Origin: Candidatus Eiseniibacteriota bacterium | Lineage (GTDB): Bacteria; Eisenbacteria; RBG-16-71-46; CAZAMP01 | Direction of reading: 5' to 3' | Length of the DNA: 64,000 nucleotides | Assembly: GCA_965224245.1 (NCBI GenBank) | Contig: OZ245046.1 | Coordinates: 5,472,001-5,536,000 of the forward strand | Shown: in pieces, positions 19,699-30,586 of the stretch | Layout of the letters: each line of letters starts with the position of its first letter | Position numbering within the stretch: position 1 is the first letter of the stretch | The notes under the pieces: generated by a model | The model's input: the letters and a program-made list of their open reading frames with translations, nothing else | The model's database searches: none | Told to the model about the DNA's origin: nothing | Made by a program: the position numbers and the translations under genes

Positions 19699-20079
19699 CT
19701 ATGCGCGCCCGATCACGCGCAGCGCAACCTGGATGCCGAGCCAGGCGGCCACGAGCGCCCCGACGTTGGCGAGCACGGCGTAGCCCATGCCCCGGATCGG
19801 CGATGCCTCGGACAGGTGCAACACCTCGAGCGTGTAGGTCGAGAACGTCGTCAGTCCGCCGAGGAGCCCCACCGTGATCGCCAGCCGGTGCTCGTCGCGC
19901 ATCGTGAGCTGCTCGACGAACAGCGTGGCCAGCAGCCCGATCGCGAACGAGCCGACGAGGTTCACCAGGAGCGTGCCCCAGGGCAGCACCGCCCCCGGTC
20001 GATTGAAGATCACGTTCATGCCGTACCGGAGGACGGCGCCCACCCCGCCGCCGAGCGCGATCCAGAGGACGTTGGTCAC
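19699..20079 (-). CDS. crcB: Fluoride efflux channel Fluc/CrcB
   Basis: 'GGGVGAVLRY', 'PWGTLLVNLVGSF', 'GLLGGLTTFST'; 126 aa. Confidence 0.93.
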   Translation of the reverse strand: MTNVLWIALGGGVGAVLRYGMNVIFNRPGAVLPWGTLLVNLVGSFAIGLLATLFVEQLTMRDEHRLAITVGLLGGLTTFSTYTLEVLHLSEASPIRGMGYAVLANVGALVAAWLGIQVALRVIGRA

Positions 20080-21272
20080 GATCGCTCACCCGCCGGTGCC
20101 GGGATGGCGTCGTCCCCGATCAGCCCCACCGGCTCGTCAGCCGCGACCTGGGGCATCGCGAAGCGCATGTCGGGGTGGAGCGCGTGCCACGCGAAGCGCA
20201 GCATCGGGATCGCCACGACGGCGGACCGCACGCGATCCGCGCCGGCGTCCACCGGATCGCGGCGAGCCGGCACCACGCGCGTCACGGGTGGATCGTCGGT
20301 GAACGACAGGGTCACGTCGGCGGCGCCGACGCCGACGGTGACGCGGCCGCTCGGGCCGTCCACGCGCTCCCGGATCCACCGGAACGGAACTACGCTGCAG
20401 GTCTCACCGGCGCACAGCACCACGATCGGCGCCTTCTTCGCGAACGCGTCGTCGCCGGGCGCGGCCGAGAGCGGCGCGTCGGGCAGGAGGTCGTTGCCGT
20501 AGTAGTTGCCGTACGGCTCGGTCCGGTACTTCAGCATCATCACGCGGTCGGGGTCGATGACGGTGGTGCCGGGGTGGCGGGAGACCCACGATCCCCAGTG
20601 ATCCACGTCGAACGGGTGCACCGTCAGCTCCGCATCCCGTGCCGCCGCCGGGCCCGCGATCGCCCGCGCGAGGATCTGTCCCCACAGGCTCTCGTCGGCC
20701 TCGCTCTCGCGCCGATCGTACAGGACCAGGTTGGCGTTGTAGACGAGCCCCGAGAAGCCGAGCTCCACCACGTCGCCGTCCAGCCGGCGATCGAACACCA
20801 CGGCGGCGTCGCACTTGGGACTGTACGTGACCGCGATCGGCCAGCCGCCCAGGGTGTCGTTCAGCACCTCGTGCCAGGCGAGCACGCGAAGCGGATACGC
20901 CCGGGCGTGATCGCCGACCGTGACGCCGATCACGCGATCGGTCGAGACCAGGTACTTCGCGCGTCCGGTGATGGGCTTCACGTCGCCGACGCCCCCGGGC
21001 GAGATCAGCGGGGGATAGTCGAGCGGCTGGATGCCGTTGCGCGGCAGCCCGCTCGCCGCGAGCGCGGCCCGATCCACGGTGAGCGTCGAGAGGTCGTAGC
21101 CGTAGGTCTCGACGTTCCGGCCGTCACCCCGGCGTGGCGCGGTGCGCGAGTCGACCACGAGCGAGATCTGCCACCACGCGACGAACGTCGTGATCACGGC
21201 CAGCGGGAAGACGAGCCATCCGCCGCTCCGGATGAAGCCGCCGCGTCGCGGCGAGGCGGTGCCGGTCATCAC
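20076..21272 (-). CDS. DUF3179-family membrane-anchored protein
   Basis: 'RAYPLRVLAWHEVLND...VTYSPKC...SGLVYNANLVLYDR...SLWGQ'. Confidence 0.8.
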   Translation of the reverse strand: MMTGTASPRRGGFIRSGGWLVFPLAVITTFVAWWQISLVVDSRTAPRRGDGRNVETYGYDLSTLTVDRAALAASGLPRNGIQPLDYPPLISPGGVGDVKPITGRAKYLVSTDRVIGVTVGDHARAYPLRVLAWHEVLNDTLGGWPIAVTYSPKCDAAVVFDRRLDGDVVELGFSGLVYNANLVLYDRRESEADESLWGQILARAIAGPAAARDAELTVHPFDVDHWGSWVSRHPGTTVIDPDRVMMLKYRTEPYGNYYGNDLLPDAPLSAAPGDDAFAKKAPIVVLCAGETCSVVPFRWIRERVDGPSGRVTVGVGAADVTLSFTDDPPVTRVVPARRDPVDAGADRVRSAVVAIPMLRFAWHALHPDMRFAMPQVAADEPVGLIGDDAIPAPAGERS

Positions 21273-21276
21273 GCGC

Positions 21277-22317
21277 TCAGGGGCGATCGGTCTGCGAGAT
21301 GACGGTCAGGCGCCCGGCCTTCCACGGCACGAGCCCGGCGCCAGGCCCGCGATCGGCCACCATCAGCGCGAGCAAGATCGGCAGGTAGATGAGGCTCGCG
21401 AAGAAGACGCGCCGGGCCAGGGCCGAGCTGCGCCGGCGGTACAGGCTCCAGCACAGGCGCGCGAACACGATGCCCACCGGCGCCGCGCCCAGCGCGAACC
21501 ACCATCCGGCGATGCCGGTGAGGACGATCGTGGCCGACAGCGGCAACAGCACGATCGCGTACATCAGGATCAGACGCGTGGTCCGGACACCCGAGGGATC
21601 CACGATCGGCAGCATGCGAAAGCCCGCCCCCGCGTACTGGTCGCGATGGAACCAGGCCAGCGACAGGAAGTGCGGGATCTGCCACACGAAGAGCACCAGG
21701 AAGAGCACCCAGGCGCGCATGTCGAGGTGCCCGGTGACCGCCGTCCAGCCCATCATCGGGGGAATGGCGCCGACCACCGCGCCCACCAGCGTGCAGCTCG
21801 GGTCGCGGACCTTCAGCGGCGTGTACACGAACACGTACAGCGCGAGCGTGATGATCGACAGCGTGGCGGTCAGGACGTTCACCAGGGTCGCGAGAACCAC
21901 CGGCCCCGAGACCGCGAGCGTGGTGGCCACGATCAGCGCGTGCATCCGCGTCATCCGGCCCGACGGCAGCGGGCGTCCGGCCGTGCGGGCCATGCGGCGG
22001 TCCAGATCCACCTCCCACCACTGATTCAGGGCATTGGCGCCGGTGGCGGCGAGCCCCGTGCCGAGCAGCGTCCAGAGCAGGCGGACCCAGTCCAGGGCGC
22101 CGGTCGTGGCGACGGCGGATCCCACGAACGTGGTGATGACCACCAGGGCCGACAGCCGGAACTTGGTCAGATCGAAGTAATCCTTTGCCCAGTAGCGCGA
22201 TGCGGCGTTGGTGCGGTGCCGAACGGGGGTCGGAGATGGGATCCCCGGCATCCCGGGCGTCTCCGGCGCGGTGGGCGCCGCGAGGGGCTCCCGGGAGCTG
22301 GGAGTCTGTAACGTCAT
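21277..22317 (-). CDS. cyoE: Heme O synthase (protoheme IX farnesyltransferase)
   Basis: 'LTKFRL', 'NQWWEVDLDRRMARTAGRPLPSGR', 'YTPLK', 'GAIPPMMGW', 'WQIPHF'. Confidence 0.95.
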   Translation of the reverse strand: MTLQTPSSREPLAAPTAPETPGMPGIPSPTPVRHRTNAASRYWAKDYFDLTKFRLSALVVITTFVGSAVATTGALDWVRLLWTLLGTGLAATGANALNQWWEVDLDRRMARTAGRPLPSGRMTRMHALIVATTLAVSGPVVLATLVNVLTATLSIITLALYVFVYTPLKVRDPSCTLVGAVVGAIPPMMGWTAVTGHLDMRAWVLFLVLFVWQIPHFLSLAWFHRDQYAGAGFRMLPIVDPSGVRTTRLILMYAIVLLPLSATIVLTGIAGWWFALGAAPVGIVFARLCWSLYRRRSSALARRVFFASLIYLPILLALMVADRGPGAGLVPWKAGRLTVISQTDRP

Positions 22318-22579
22318 GAGCGACCTCTAGATACAGCGCGCATCGGCCGAGCGGGCGGGGCCCCGCCCGGCCGGCAGGACTCCGTTTCGACAGCGCGGGA
22401 GTATAGCGCAACTCACCGGCCCGCGACATCCGATCCGGACCCCGGCGGACCCGCTTCTCGGCCCCTTTGCGTGCGGTCCCCGGCGCTGTGCTACGCTAAC
22501 TCGCGCCGCGTTCAGGGCCCCTTTCCGGACCCCGCCACGCGTCGACCGACCTGCGAACCCCGTCCAAGGAGGGTTGGCG

Positions 22580-23944
22580 ATGACCGAAGCCACCGCGCGC
22601 GCGCACGCCGCGACGATCCCGGTCGAGCCCCGCTCGCTCTCGACCCCCGCCGCCGGGGGCCGTACATATATGTTGCCCCTCGGATTCGGAACGACGCTCG
22701 GGATGTGGGGCGTCGGGTACCTGAGCCGGCTCTCGCCCGGCCTGGTCCCGTCGTGGATCACGCTCATCCTGATGCTGGGCTGCCTGTTCGGCGGCGGCCT
22801 CGTCGCCGGGCGATACACCGGCCGGGGCTGGCGGGCCGGACTGAACACCGGCGTGGTCGCCGCGCTCCTGAACATGCTCATCCTCGGGAGCCTCGTCTCC
22901 GGAGGCAGCGCGGCGATGATCGCCACGTCGATCGCCGCGTGGCTCGGCGCGTCCCTGATCGTCTCCGCGCTCGTGGCCGCGGCCGGGGGCGCCGTGGGCG
23001 CGCGCTTCCCGGTGGTCCGCGACGCCGGCGTGAACTGGACCGCAGCGTTCGCCGCGGTCGCGGCCACGGTGGCGTTCTCGGTCCTGGTCGTGGGCGGACT
23101 CGTCACCGGCCACGAGGCAGGCCTGGCCGTCGTCGACTGGCCGAATTCCTTCGGTCACAACATGTTCCTGTATCCGCTGTCGCAGATGACGGGCGGCATC
23201 TTCTACGAGCACGCACATCGTCTCTTCGGCTCGTTCGTCGGGCTGACGACGCTCGTCCTGACGATCCACCTCAACATGACCGACCGTCGCCGCTGGCTCC
23301 GCATGCTCGCGGTGGCCGCGCTGGTCGGCGTGATCTCCCAGGGGATCCTCGGTGGGCTCCGCGTGACCGGTCACTTCACGACGAGCCAGTCCCCCGACGT
23401 CGTCTCGCCCAGCATCGTGCTCGCGATCGTGCACGCCGTGTTCGGTCAGGTCGTGTTCGGGCTTCTGGTCTCGATCGCGGTGTTCACGTCGACCGGGTGG
23501 CGGCGCCGCACCGCGGGGCTCGTGCGCGAGTCGGCCCGGACCGATCGGCTGGCCACGTCGGCGCTCGTCGTGGCGCTGGTCGGTCAGCTGATCCTGGGTG
23601 CCGTGCAGCGACACACCGCCGGTGCGCTCGTGGTGCACATCCTGATGGCGACCGTCGTGACCGCGCTCGCCGTGTTCGTGGGCATGCGCGCGTGGGGCAT
23701 GAAGCGGGTGCCGGTCCTGCAGCGACTCGGACCGAAGCTGCTCGGGCTGGTGTCGTTCCAGCTGATGCTGGGCGTGGGCGCGCTCGCGGTCACGTCGATG
23801 CCGGGCTCCGAGGACGGCCCCTGGCTCGGCGACGTCATCGTGACGACGATGCACCAGGCCACCGGAGCCGCGCTGCTGGCGCTGACGGTGATGGTGGTCA
23901 TCTGGACGCATCGGCTCCTGGCACCGCCGGCGCGGGAGTACTGA
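22580..23944 (+). CDS. ctaA: Heme A synthase (COX15/CtaA family) with N-terminal TM extension
   Basis: 'AGLAVVDWP', 'EHAHRLFG', 'QGILGGLRV', and further His residues (HAVFG, VHILMA, HQATG); AAGGAGG 7 nt before ATG 22580. Confidence 0.85.
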   Translation: MTEATARAHAATIPVEPRSLSTPAAGGRTYMLPLGFGTTLGMWGVGYLSRLSPGLVPSWITLILMLGCLFGGGLVAGRYTGRGWRAGLNTGVVAALLNMLILGSLVSGGSAAMIATSIAAWLGASLIVSALVAAAGGAVGARFPVVRDAGVNWTAAFAAVAATVAFSVLVVGGLVTGHEAGLAVVDWPNSFGHNMFLYPLSQMTGGIFYEHAHRLFGSFVGLTTLVLTIHLNMTDRRRWLRMLAVAALVGVISQGILGGLRVTGHFTTSQSPDVVSPSIVLAIVHAVFGQVVFGLLVSIAVFTSTGWRRRTAGLVRESARTDRLATSALVVALVGQLILGAVQRHTAGALVVHILMATVVTALAVFVGMRAWGMKRVPVLQRLGPKLLGLVSFQLMLGVGALAVTSMPGSEDGPWLGDVIVTTMHQATGAALLALTVMVVIWTHRLLAPPAREY

Positions 23945-24318
23945 TGAAGCGCGTGTTCACCGCGCCCGATCCGTCGCTCGTGCATCACGCCAGGAATCTG
24001 CTCGAGTCGGCCGGCATCGTCTCGATCGTGCAGGGCGAGCTACGCGGCGTCGCGTCCGGTGAGCTGCCGCCGATCCAGTGCTGGCCCGAGCTGTGGATCC
24101 TCGAGACCGACGACTACCAGGAAGCCTGTCGCGTGCTCAGAGGGCTCGACGTGCCCGACGGGTCCGGAGAGCCCTGGGAGTGTCACGTCTGCCACGAGAC
24201 GATCGACCCACCGTTCACCGCGTGCTGGCAGTGCGGGACCGAGCGATCCATCGACCGCGATCGCGAGAGCTCGCTCCCGCGAGATGATCCGTCGCTCTCC
24301 GGCAACGCCCGCACGTAG
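23944..24318 (+). CDS. DUF2007-family protein with C-terminal zinc-ribbon
   Basis: 'MKRVF...NLLESAGI...GELP..CWPELW' plus 'WECHVC...FTACWQC'; TGATG overlap with ctaA. Confidence 0.8.
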   Translation: MKRVFTAPDPSLVHHARNLLESAGIVSIVQGELRGVASGELPPIQCWPELWILETDDYQEACRVLRGLDVPDGSGEPWECHVCHETIDPPFTACWQCGTERSIDRDRESSLPRDDPSLSGNART

Positions 24319-24429
24319 GTGGAGGCGCAGGCCATGGACGCGTCCACGTCCGGCGCGGTACGTGCCTCGGCGTCGCCCGCGCGCGGCCTACGTGCGGCTC
24401 GGACGGACGACGACCTTCGGGACTCCCGA

Positions 24430-26637
24430 TCACGCCCGTGCGTAGAGGTCGGATCCCAGGAAGGACTCGACCACCGTGGGGTCGAACAGGGTACCGGCCT
24501 CGGAGGCGATGTACTCGCGGGTCCGGTCCGGTGACCAGCGCCGGCGGTACGGGCGATCGGACGTGAGCGCGTCCCACACGTCCACGACGGCGAAGATCCG
24601 CGCCGCCATCGGGATCTCCTCGCCCCGGAGCCCGCGCGGATAGCCCGATCCGTCCCACCGCTCGTGGTGACAGTACGGAATGTCGATCGCGGGGCGGAGG
24701 TACTCGATCGGCGCGAGCATGTGATAGGCGTACACGGGGTGCAGGCGCATCGTCTTCCACTCGGCGTCGGTCAGCGGGCCGGGCTTGTGGAGGATGCGAT
24801 CGGGGATGCCCATCTTGCCGATGTCGTGCAGCAGCGCGCCGCGCCGCACGTGGATGATGTCGGTGTCGGTCCAGTCGAGGCGCCGGGCCAGCGCGACCGT
24901 GGTCTCGGTGACGCGCCGCGTGTGACCCTCGGTCTCGCGATCGCGAAGATCCAGCGCCCGGGTCCAGCCCTCCAGCGTCTCGTCGTAGGCCACCTGCAGC
25001 CGATCGTCCGACTGGCGTACGCTGGCCATCAGCTCGGCGCGCTCGATCGCCGACACGATCTGTCGGGCGGCGCCGTCGAAGAGGTCGACCCAGCCCGGGT
25101 CGACGTGGTAGGGCGCGCGGTGAAACACCTCGAGCACGCCCTTCAGGTCGGGGCCCGAGAGCATCGGTACGCCGTAGTAGGCCCGGAATCCCTCGTCCGC
25201 CAGCAGCGACGATCGGGGCCAGAGGCCACCGAGGTCGCTCAGCGCGGGAATCTGGAGCTGGCAGCGCGTCTTCGCGATGCGACCGGCCAGTCCCTCGCCG
25301 ATGCGGAGCTGCATGCCCCCGAGCGTGCGCGTGCGGAACCCGATCCCCGACAGGAAGCGGAGCGTGCGCCCGCAGGGCTCGGTGACGAAGAGCGCCGCCG
25401 CATCGGCGCCCACGCGGGTGGCCAGCTCGATCAGCACCGGCCGCACGGTGTCGGCCAGCTCGTCGGTCGGCGTGGTGGGCATCGGGATGGGTGTCCACGC
25501 GACCGGGGGTGGCGGCACGCTGGAGGGTGGCATGGAGAGTCGCGCCGCATCGCCGGCGAAGCGTGCCCGTGCGTACGTGGTGGCGAGCACGTCGGCGACG
25601 GTCCGGAGCGCATCGAGCTCCAGGGACGTCCACCGGCGCTCCCGATGGCGGGACTCGAAGCCCAGCACGCCTGCCAGCTCGTTGCCGAACCGGACCGGCA
25701 CCAGCGCCACCGACCGGGTCTCGCGCGCGCCCTCGCCGTCGCCCGAGGGCGCGGGGATCAGCGCCGACACGGCCTCGCCCCGATCGAGCTGTAGCTGGAA
25801 CAGGCGAAGGAGCCCGGCGTCCACCGACGTCTGCCAGTCCCCGTCGGCGCACCACAGCTGATCGACGGCGAACGACGCACGCGTGCCGCCGGTCGACGCC
25901 CCCGTTCCCCGGTCGCCGACCGGTGCCGCATGAACGGCCGCGTCCACGTCCGCCGCGCGGGCGAGTGCTTCGAGCACGAGCGCGATCCGCTCGCCGTCCG
26001 GATCGTCCGCGGACAGCATCTCGACCGACGACCGGATCGCGGCCAGCAGGCGAGCCGACACGTCGTCGCGGCCATCGACGCCGTTGCTCCGACCCTCTCG
26101 TGGCGACTCGGCCCGCTCACGCGACATGCGTGCGGCGAGGGCACGATCGACGGCGTTCGTCACCGGCGCGGGCGTCGCGCCGGAGACCAGAGTCGGGGAC
26201 GCACCATCGCGCCCGGACGATGCACGCTCGCCGCCGACGCCGGCCGTCATCAGTGCCTCGACCGGCGCGGCGACACGAGCCGAAAGCACGCGCTTCACCG
26301 CCGCGGGGAGCCGGGAGAGATGACGCATTCGTACGAGATCGGCGGCGCCGCCTCGCATCAGATCGACGGCGACGTCCTCGCCGCCGGCCTCGGTGACGAC
26401 GATGAACGGCGTTCCCGGGCGGTGCGCGTTGCGGATCTGGAGCGCGTCGAGCGCATCGAACGAGGGAAGCGAGTAGTTCGAGATGATCACGTCGAAGGGT
26501 CTGGACATGGCGTCCAGGTAGGCGCGCCGGGTGTGCACGCGTCGAGCACGAGGCTCGAATCCACCGCTGGCCAGCGTCGTGACGATGGAGCTCGCAACCG
26601 TGCGGTCATCGTCGACGATCAAGACGCGAAGATGCAT
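24430..26637 (-). CDS. REC-GAF-GAF-HD-GYP cyclic-dinucleotide phosphodiesterase
   Basis: 'LRVLIVDDD' REC domain; two GAF-like segments; 'ETEGHTRRV', 'LLHDIGK', 'HHERWDGSGYP', 'DALTSDRPYR'; start ATG 26637 or TTG 26655. Confidence 0.9.
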   Translation of the reverse strand: MHLRVLIVDDDRTVASSIVTTLASGGFEPRARRVHTRRAYLDAMSRPFDVIISNYSLPSFDALDALQIRNAHRPGTPFIVVTEAGGEDVAVDLMRGGAADLVRMRHLSRLPAAVKRVLSARVAAPVEALMTAGVGGERASSGRDGASPTLVSGATPAPVTNAVDRALAARMSRERAESPREGRSNGVDGRDDVSARLLAAIRSSVEMLSADDPDGERIALVLEALARAADVDAAVHAAPVGDRGTGASTGGTRASFAVDQLWCADGDWQTSVDAGLLRLFQLQLDRGEAVSALIPAPSGDGEGARETRSVALVPVRFGNELAGVLGFESRHRERRWTSLELDALRTVADVLATTYARARFAGDAARLSMPPSSVPPPPVAWTPIPMPTTPTDELADTVRPVLIELATRVGADAAALFVTEPCGRTLRFLSGIGFRTRTLGGMQLRIGEGLAGRIAKTRCQLQIPALSDLGGLWPRSSLLADEGFRAYYGVPMLSGPDLKGVLEVFHRAPYHVDPGWVDLFDGAARQIVSAIERAELMASVRQSDDRLQVAYDETLEGWTRALDLRDRETEGHTRRVTETTVALARRLDWTDTDIIHVRRGALLHDIGKMGIPDRILHKPGPLTDAEWKTMRLHPVYAYHMLAPIEYLRPAIDIPYCHHERWDGSGYPRGLRGEEIPMAARIFAVVDVWDALTSDRPYRRRWSPDRTREYIASEAGTLFDPTVVESFLGSDLYARA

Positions 26638-26746
26638 CGCGCGATGGATCTCCAAGCAGTCCGTGCTAAAGGGATCACAACGGTTCGACTGCGACGAAGC
26701 GTCGAGACGACGAAGAACGCCGAAGTGTAATGACGTCCGTGAGTCG

Positions 26747-26790
26747 ACGGCAACCGTTTACTGGTCACTCTGGAACCACGGCGACCGTTT
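26747..26790. promoter_or_regulatory. Two ACGG-N3-CCGT palindromes 31 bp apart upstream of the HD-GYP gene
   Basis: ACGGCAACCGTTT (26747-26759) and ACGGCGACCGTTT (26778-26790). Confidence 0.4.
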
Positions 26791-27320
26791 GCTCGCGTGC
26801 AGACCGAGGTCGACAATCTATCCCACGTGCGCGACGAAACCGAACACGAAAGCGAGCCGTTCTCGCGCGTCGACGTCGTCACATGCAAGTGCCCGTCGAA
26901 TCGTGCGATCGAGAAAACGCCGGGGGCATCGCGACGTCATCCGAGCGCGCGCTCGCGCGCGAGCGCGCTCGAGGGCCGCGCGCCCGCGGTCTCGGTCACG
27001 CGTCGTGTCGACGAGCCGAACGCCGGCGCTCGCCGGCGGGACCCCACCGGCTCGTCGGCCTGACGGGAGGTGAGTCTGGCAGCGCCGCTCGAGGGGACGG
27101 CGAAGGCGCCATCATGCTCGGACCGTCTTGCCGAGCCCGCGTTCGGTCCGCCTTTCCGCCATGACGACAAACTGTTTCTTGGTTGAAACTTACGACCTTC
27201 TGAACAAATGCGTGGATCTGAGTGTCTGGACGTGCTTATAGTCGGGGTCAGCCGGGCGACTGGTAACTGCTCACGCTGCGACCTGTACTCCGGTACCCTG
27301 CTGTCCTCCGCTGCTTGGTG

Positions 27321-27369
27321 GACGGGCACCTTCGGGTTTTTGGATGGATTTCCGCCGAAGGTGCCCGTC
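27321..27369. repeat. Perfect 15-bp inverted repeat (terminator or RNA stem)
   Basis: GACGGGCACCTTCGG - 19 nt - CCGAAGGTGCCCGTC, about 40 bp past the stop of the NtrC-family gene. Confidence 0.6.
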
Positions 27370-27410
27370 GCCGGGTCGCATCCCACCACCCGCGCCGTCC
27401 CCGGTCTCGA

Positions 27411-28820
<1,410 letters not shown>

Positions 28821-28829
28821 CGGCTCTTC

Positions 28830-30566
28830 TCAGGCACGCAGGTTCCGCGGCAGATGAACGCGCATCACCGTTCCGGCCTCGGGTGCGCTCTCGACGTCGA
28901 TGTGGCCGCCGTGGCGCTCCACGGCGCTCCGGACGATCGCCAGCCCGAGTCCGGTTCCATCGGGGCGGGCGGTGTAGAACGGATCGAAGACGTGAGCGAC
29001 CTCGTCGGGCGACATCCCGCGTCCGGTGTCGCGCACGGTCACGACGGCGACGTCGTCCTCCTCGGGTGCGCCGCCCATGCCGGCGCACCGGCTGCCGATC
29101 GTGACCGTGACGTCGCCGCCAGGGTCGGTGGCCGCCAGCGCGTTGGCAAGGAGATTGTTCCACACGGTGGACAGCGCCGACGGATCGCCGTCGAGCGAGA
29201 TCGGCTCGGTCGCCTCGACCGCGAGGCGGACCCCACGTTGCTGGGCATCGGCCTCGAAGAGTGTGACCGCTGCCCGTACCGATGCCACGAGGTCGATCGA
29301 CTCGGTGTGGAGGGTCTCCGCGCTCGAGAGGACGAGCACGTCGCTCACGAGCTTCTCTAGGCGGTGAAGCTCGCCGGTCACCGACGAGAAGTACCGATCG
29401 AACGCGGCCCGCTCGTCGGTTCCGCCGGGCGGGGCGGTCTTGTCGCGGAGCTGCTGCATCGTGAGCTGGATCGTGTTCAGCGGATTGCGCACCTCGTGGG
29501 CAACGCCGGCGGCCAGACGACCCACCGTGGCCAGGCGCTCGGCCTCGGCGAGCTGTTGCTCGATCGCCTTGGTCTGGCGCAGCCGACCCACCATGCGGTT
29601 GAACGAGGTCGTGAGGCGCCCGATCTCGTCGCGGCGCTCGACGGCGATGTCCACGTCCAGGTCGCCCGACTCGACGCGCTCGAACGAGCGCTCGAGCCGC
29701 CGGAGCGGTCGCGTGAACTGCACCGCCATCAGCCCCGCGCCCACGGCACCCAGCCCCAGGAGCGAGGAGACGAGCCAGACCCCGCGGCGCCGCGATGCCG
29801 CGAGCGCGTCGGTCAGCTCGGCCAGCGGATAGCGGACCTCGAACACCGCGAGCGAATCCTTCTGGCCATAGAAGAACGGCACCTCGAACAGGAACTCGTC
29901 GTGCGTGGTGCGGCGGGGGCCGAAGCGCGCGGTGAGCTCGGCCAGACGCCCGCGCATCGTCGACTCGGCCACGGCGCGGGGAAAGGGCGGGATGAGAGCG
30001 TCGGGCGCCGTCTCGACGTCGACCACGATCTTGCCGGGGCGCAGCGAGTCCGCGAGCGAGCGCCGCTCGTAGCGCGTGGTGATCGTCCGGTCGTCGACCT
30101 CTTGATGCCACACGTGTCCCGGCTGCTCAGACCAGAACAGCGAGTCGCCCTCGTCGGCGAACACGAAGACCTCGGTTCGGATCGAGTCGCATCCGTCGAG
30201 GTCCAGCGGCAGTTCCTCGAGCTCGGCGATGAGCTCCCGCACGCTGTCACGATCGGCGATCGCGTGCGTGACCACGTGCTGCAGGTCGTCGCCGACGTGC
30301 CGGAACCGAACCGTGGCCCGGGTGGCGCTGAACCCGGAATCGGAGGACACGGGTGTCAGCGTATCGAAGAAGCCGCGGTCGTCCTCCATGACGGCGAGCA
30401 TGACGCGCTCGGTCGCCTGGCGCGTGGACAGGTTCACCTCGTCGTTGATGCGCGCGATCCGATCCTCGAGATCGCGCTGCTCGCGCGCGTTCAACAGGAA
30501 CTGGGCCGCCACGACGGCCATGACGAGGAACATCATCATGGCCGCCAGGCGAAGCTTGAGCGTCAT
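28830..30566 (-). CDS. HAMP-domain sensor histidine kinase
   Basis: Two TM helices, HAMP 'RRDEIGRLTTSFNRM', H-box 'AHEVRNPL', 'DTGRG', 'GTGLGL'. Confidence 0.95.
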   Translation of the reverse strand: MTLKLRLAAMMMFLVMAVVAAQFLLNAREQRDLEDRIARINDEVNLSTRQATERVMLAVMEDDRGFFDTLTPVSSDSGFSATRATVRFRHVGDDLQHVVTHAIADRDSVRELIAELEELPLDLDGCDSIRTEVFVFADEGDSLFWSEQPGHVWHQEVDDRTITTRYERRSLADSLRPGKIVVDVETAPDALIPPFPRAVAESTMRGRLAELTARFGPRRTTHDEFLFEVPFFYGQKDSLAVFEVRYPLAELTDALAASRRRGVWLVSSLLGLGAVGAGLMAVQFTRPLRRLERSFERVESGDLDVDIAVERRDEIGRLTTSFNRMVGRLRQTKAIEQQLAEAERLATVGRLAAGVAHEVRNPLNTIQLTMQQLRDKTAPPGGTDERAAFDRYFSSVTGELHRLEKLVSDVLVLSSAETLHTESIDLVASVRAAVTLFEADAQQRGVRLAVEATEPISLDGDPSALSTVWNNLLANALAATDPGGDVTVTIGSRCAGMGGAPEEDDVAVVTVRDTGRGMSPDEVAHVFDPFYTARPDGTGLGLAIVRSAVERHGGHIDVESAPEAGTVMRVHLPRNLRA

Positions 30567-30586
30567 GCCGAACTCACCTCGGCGAG

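Noticed and set aside
20079-20200. Fluoride riboswitch upstream of crcB
   Set aside because: crcB overlaps the DUF3179 stop codon, leaving no leader; no riboswitch consensus recognised
26660-26900. c-di-GMP riboswitch upstream of the HD-GYP gene
   Set aside because: The GEMM-type GCAAA...GNRA...GACGCAAA arrangement is not present
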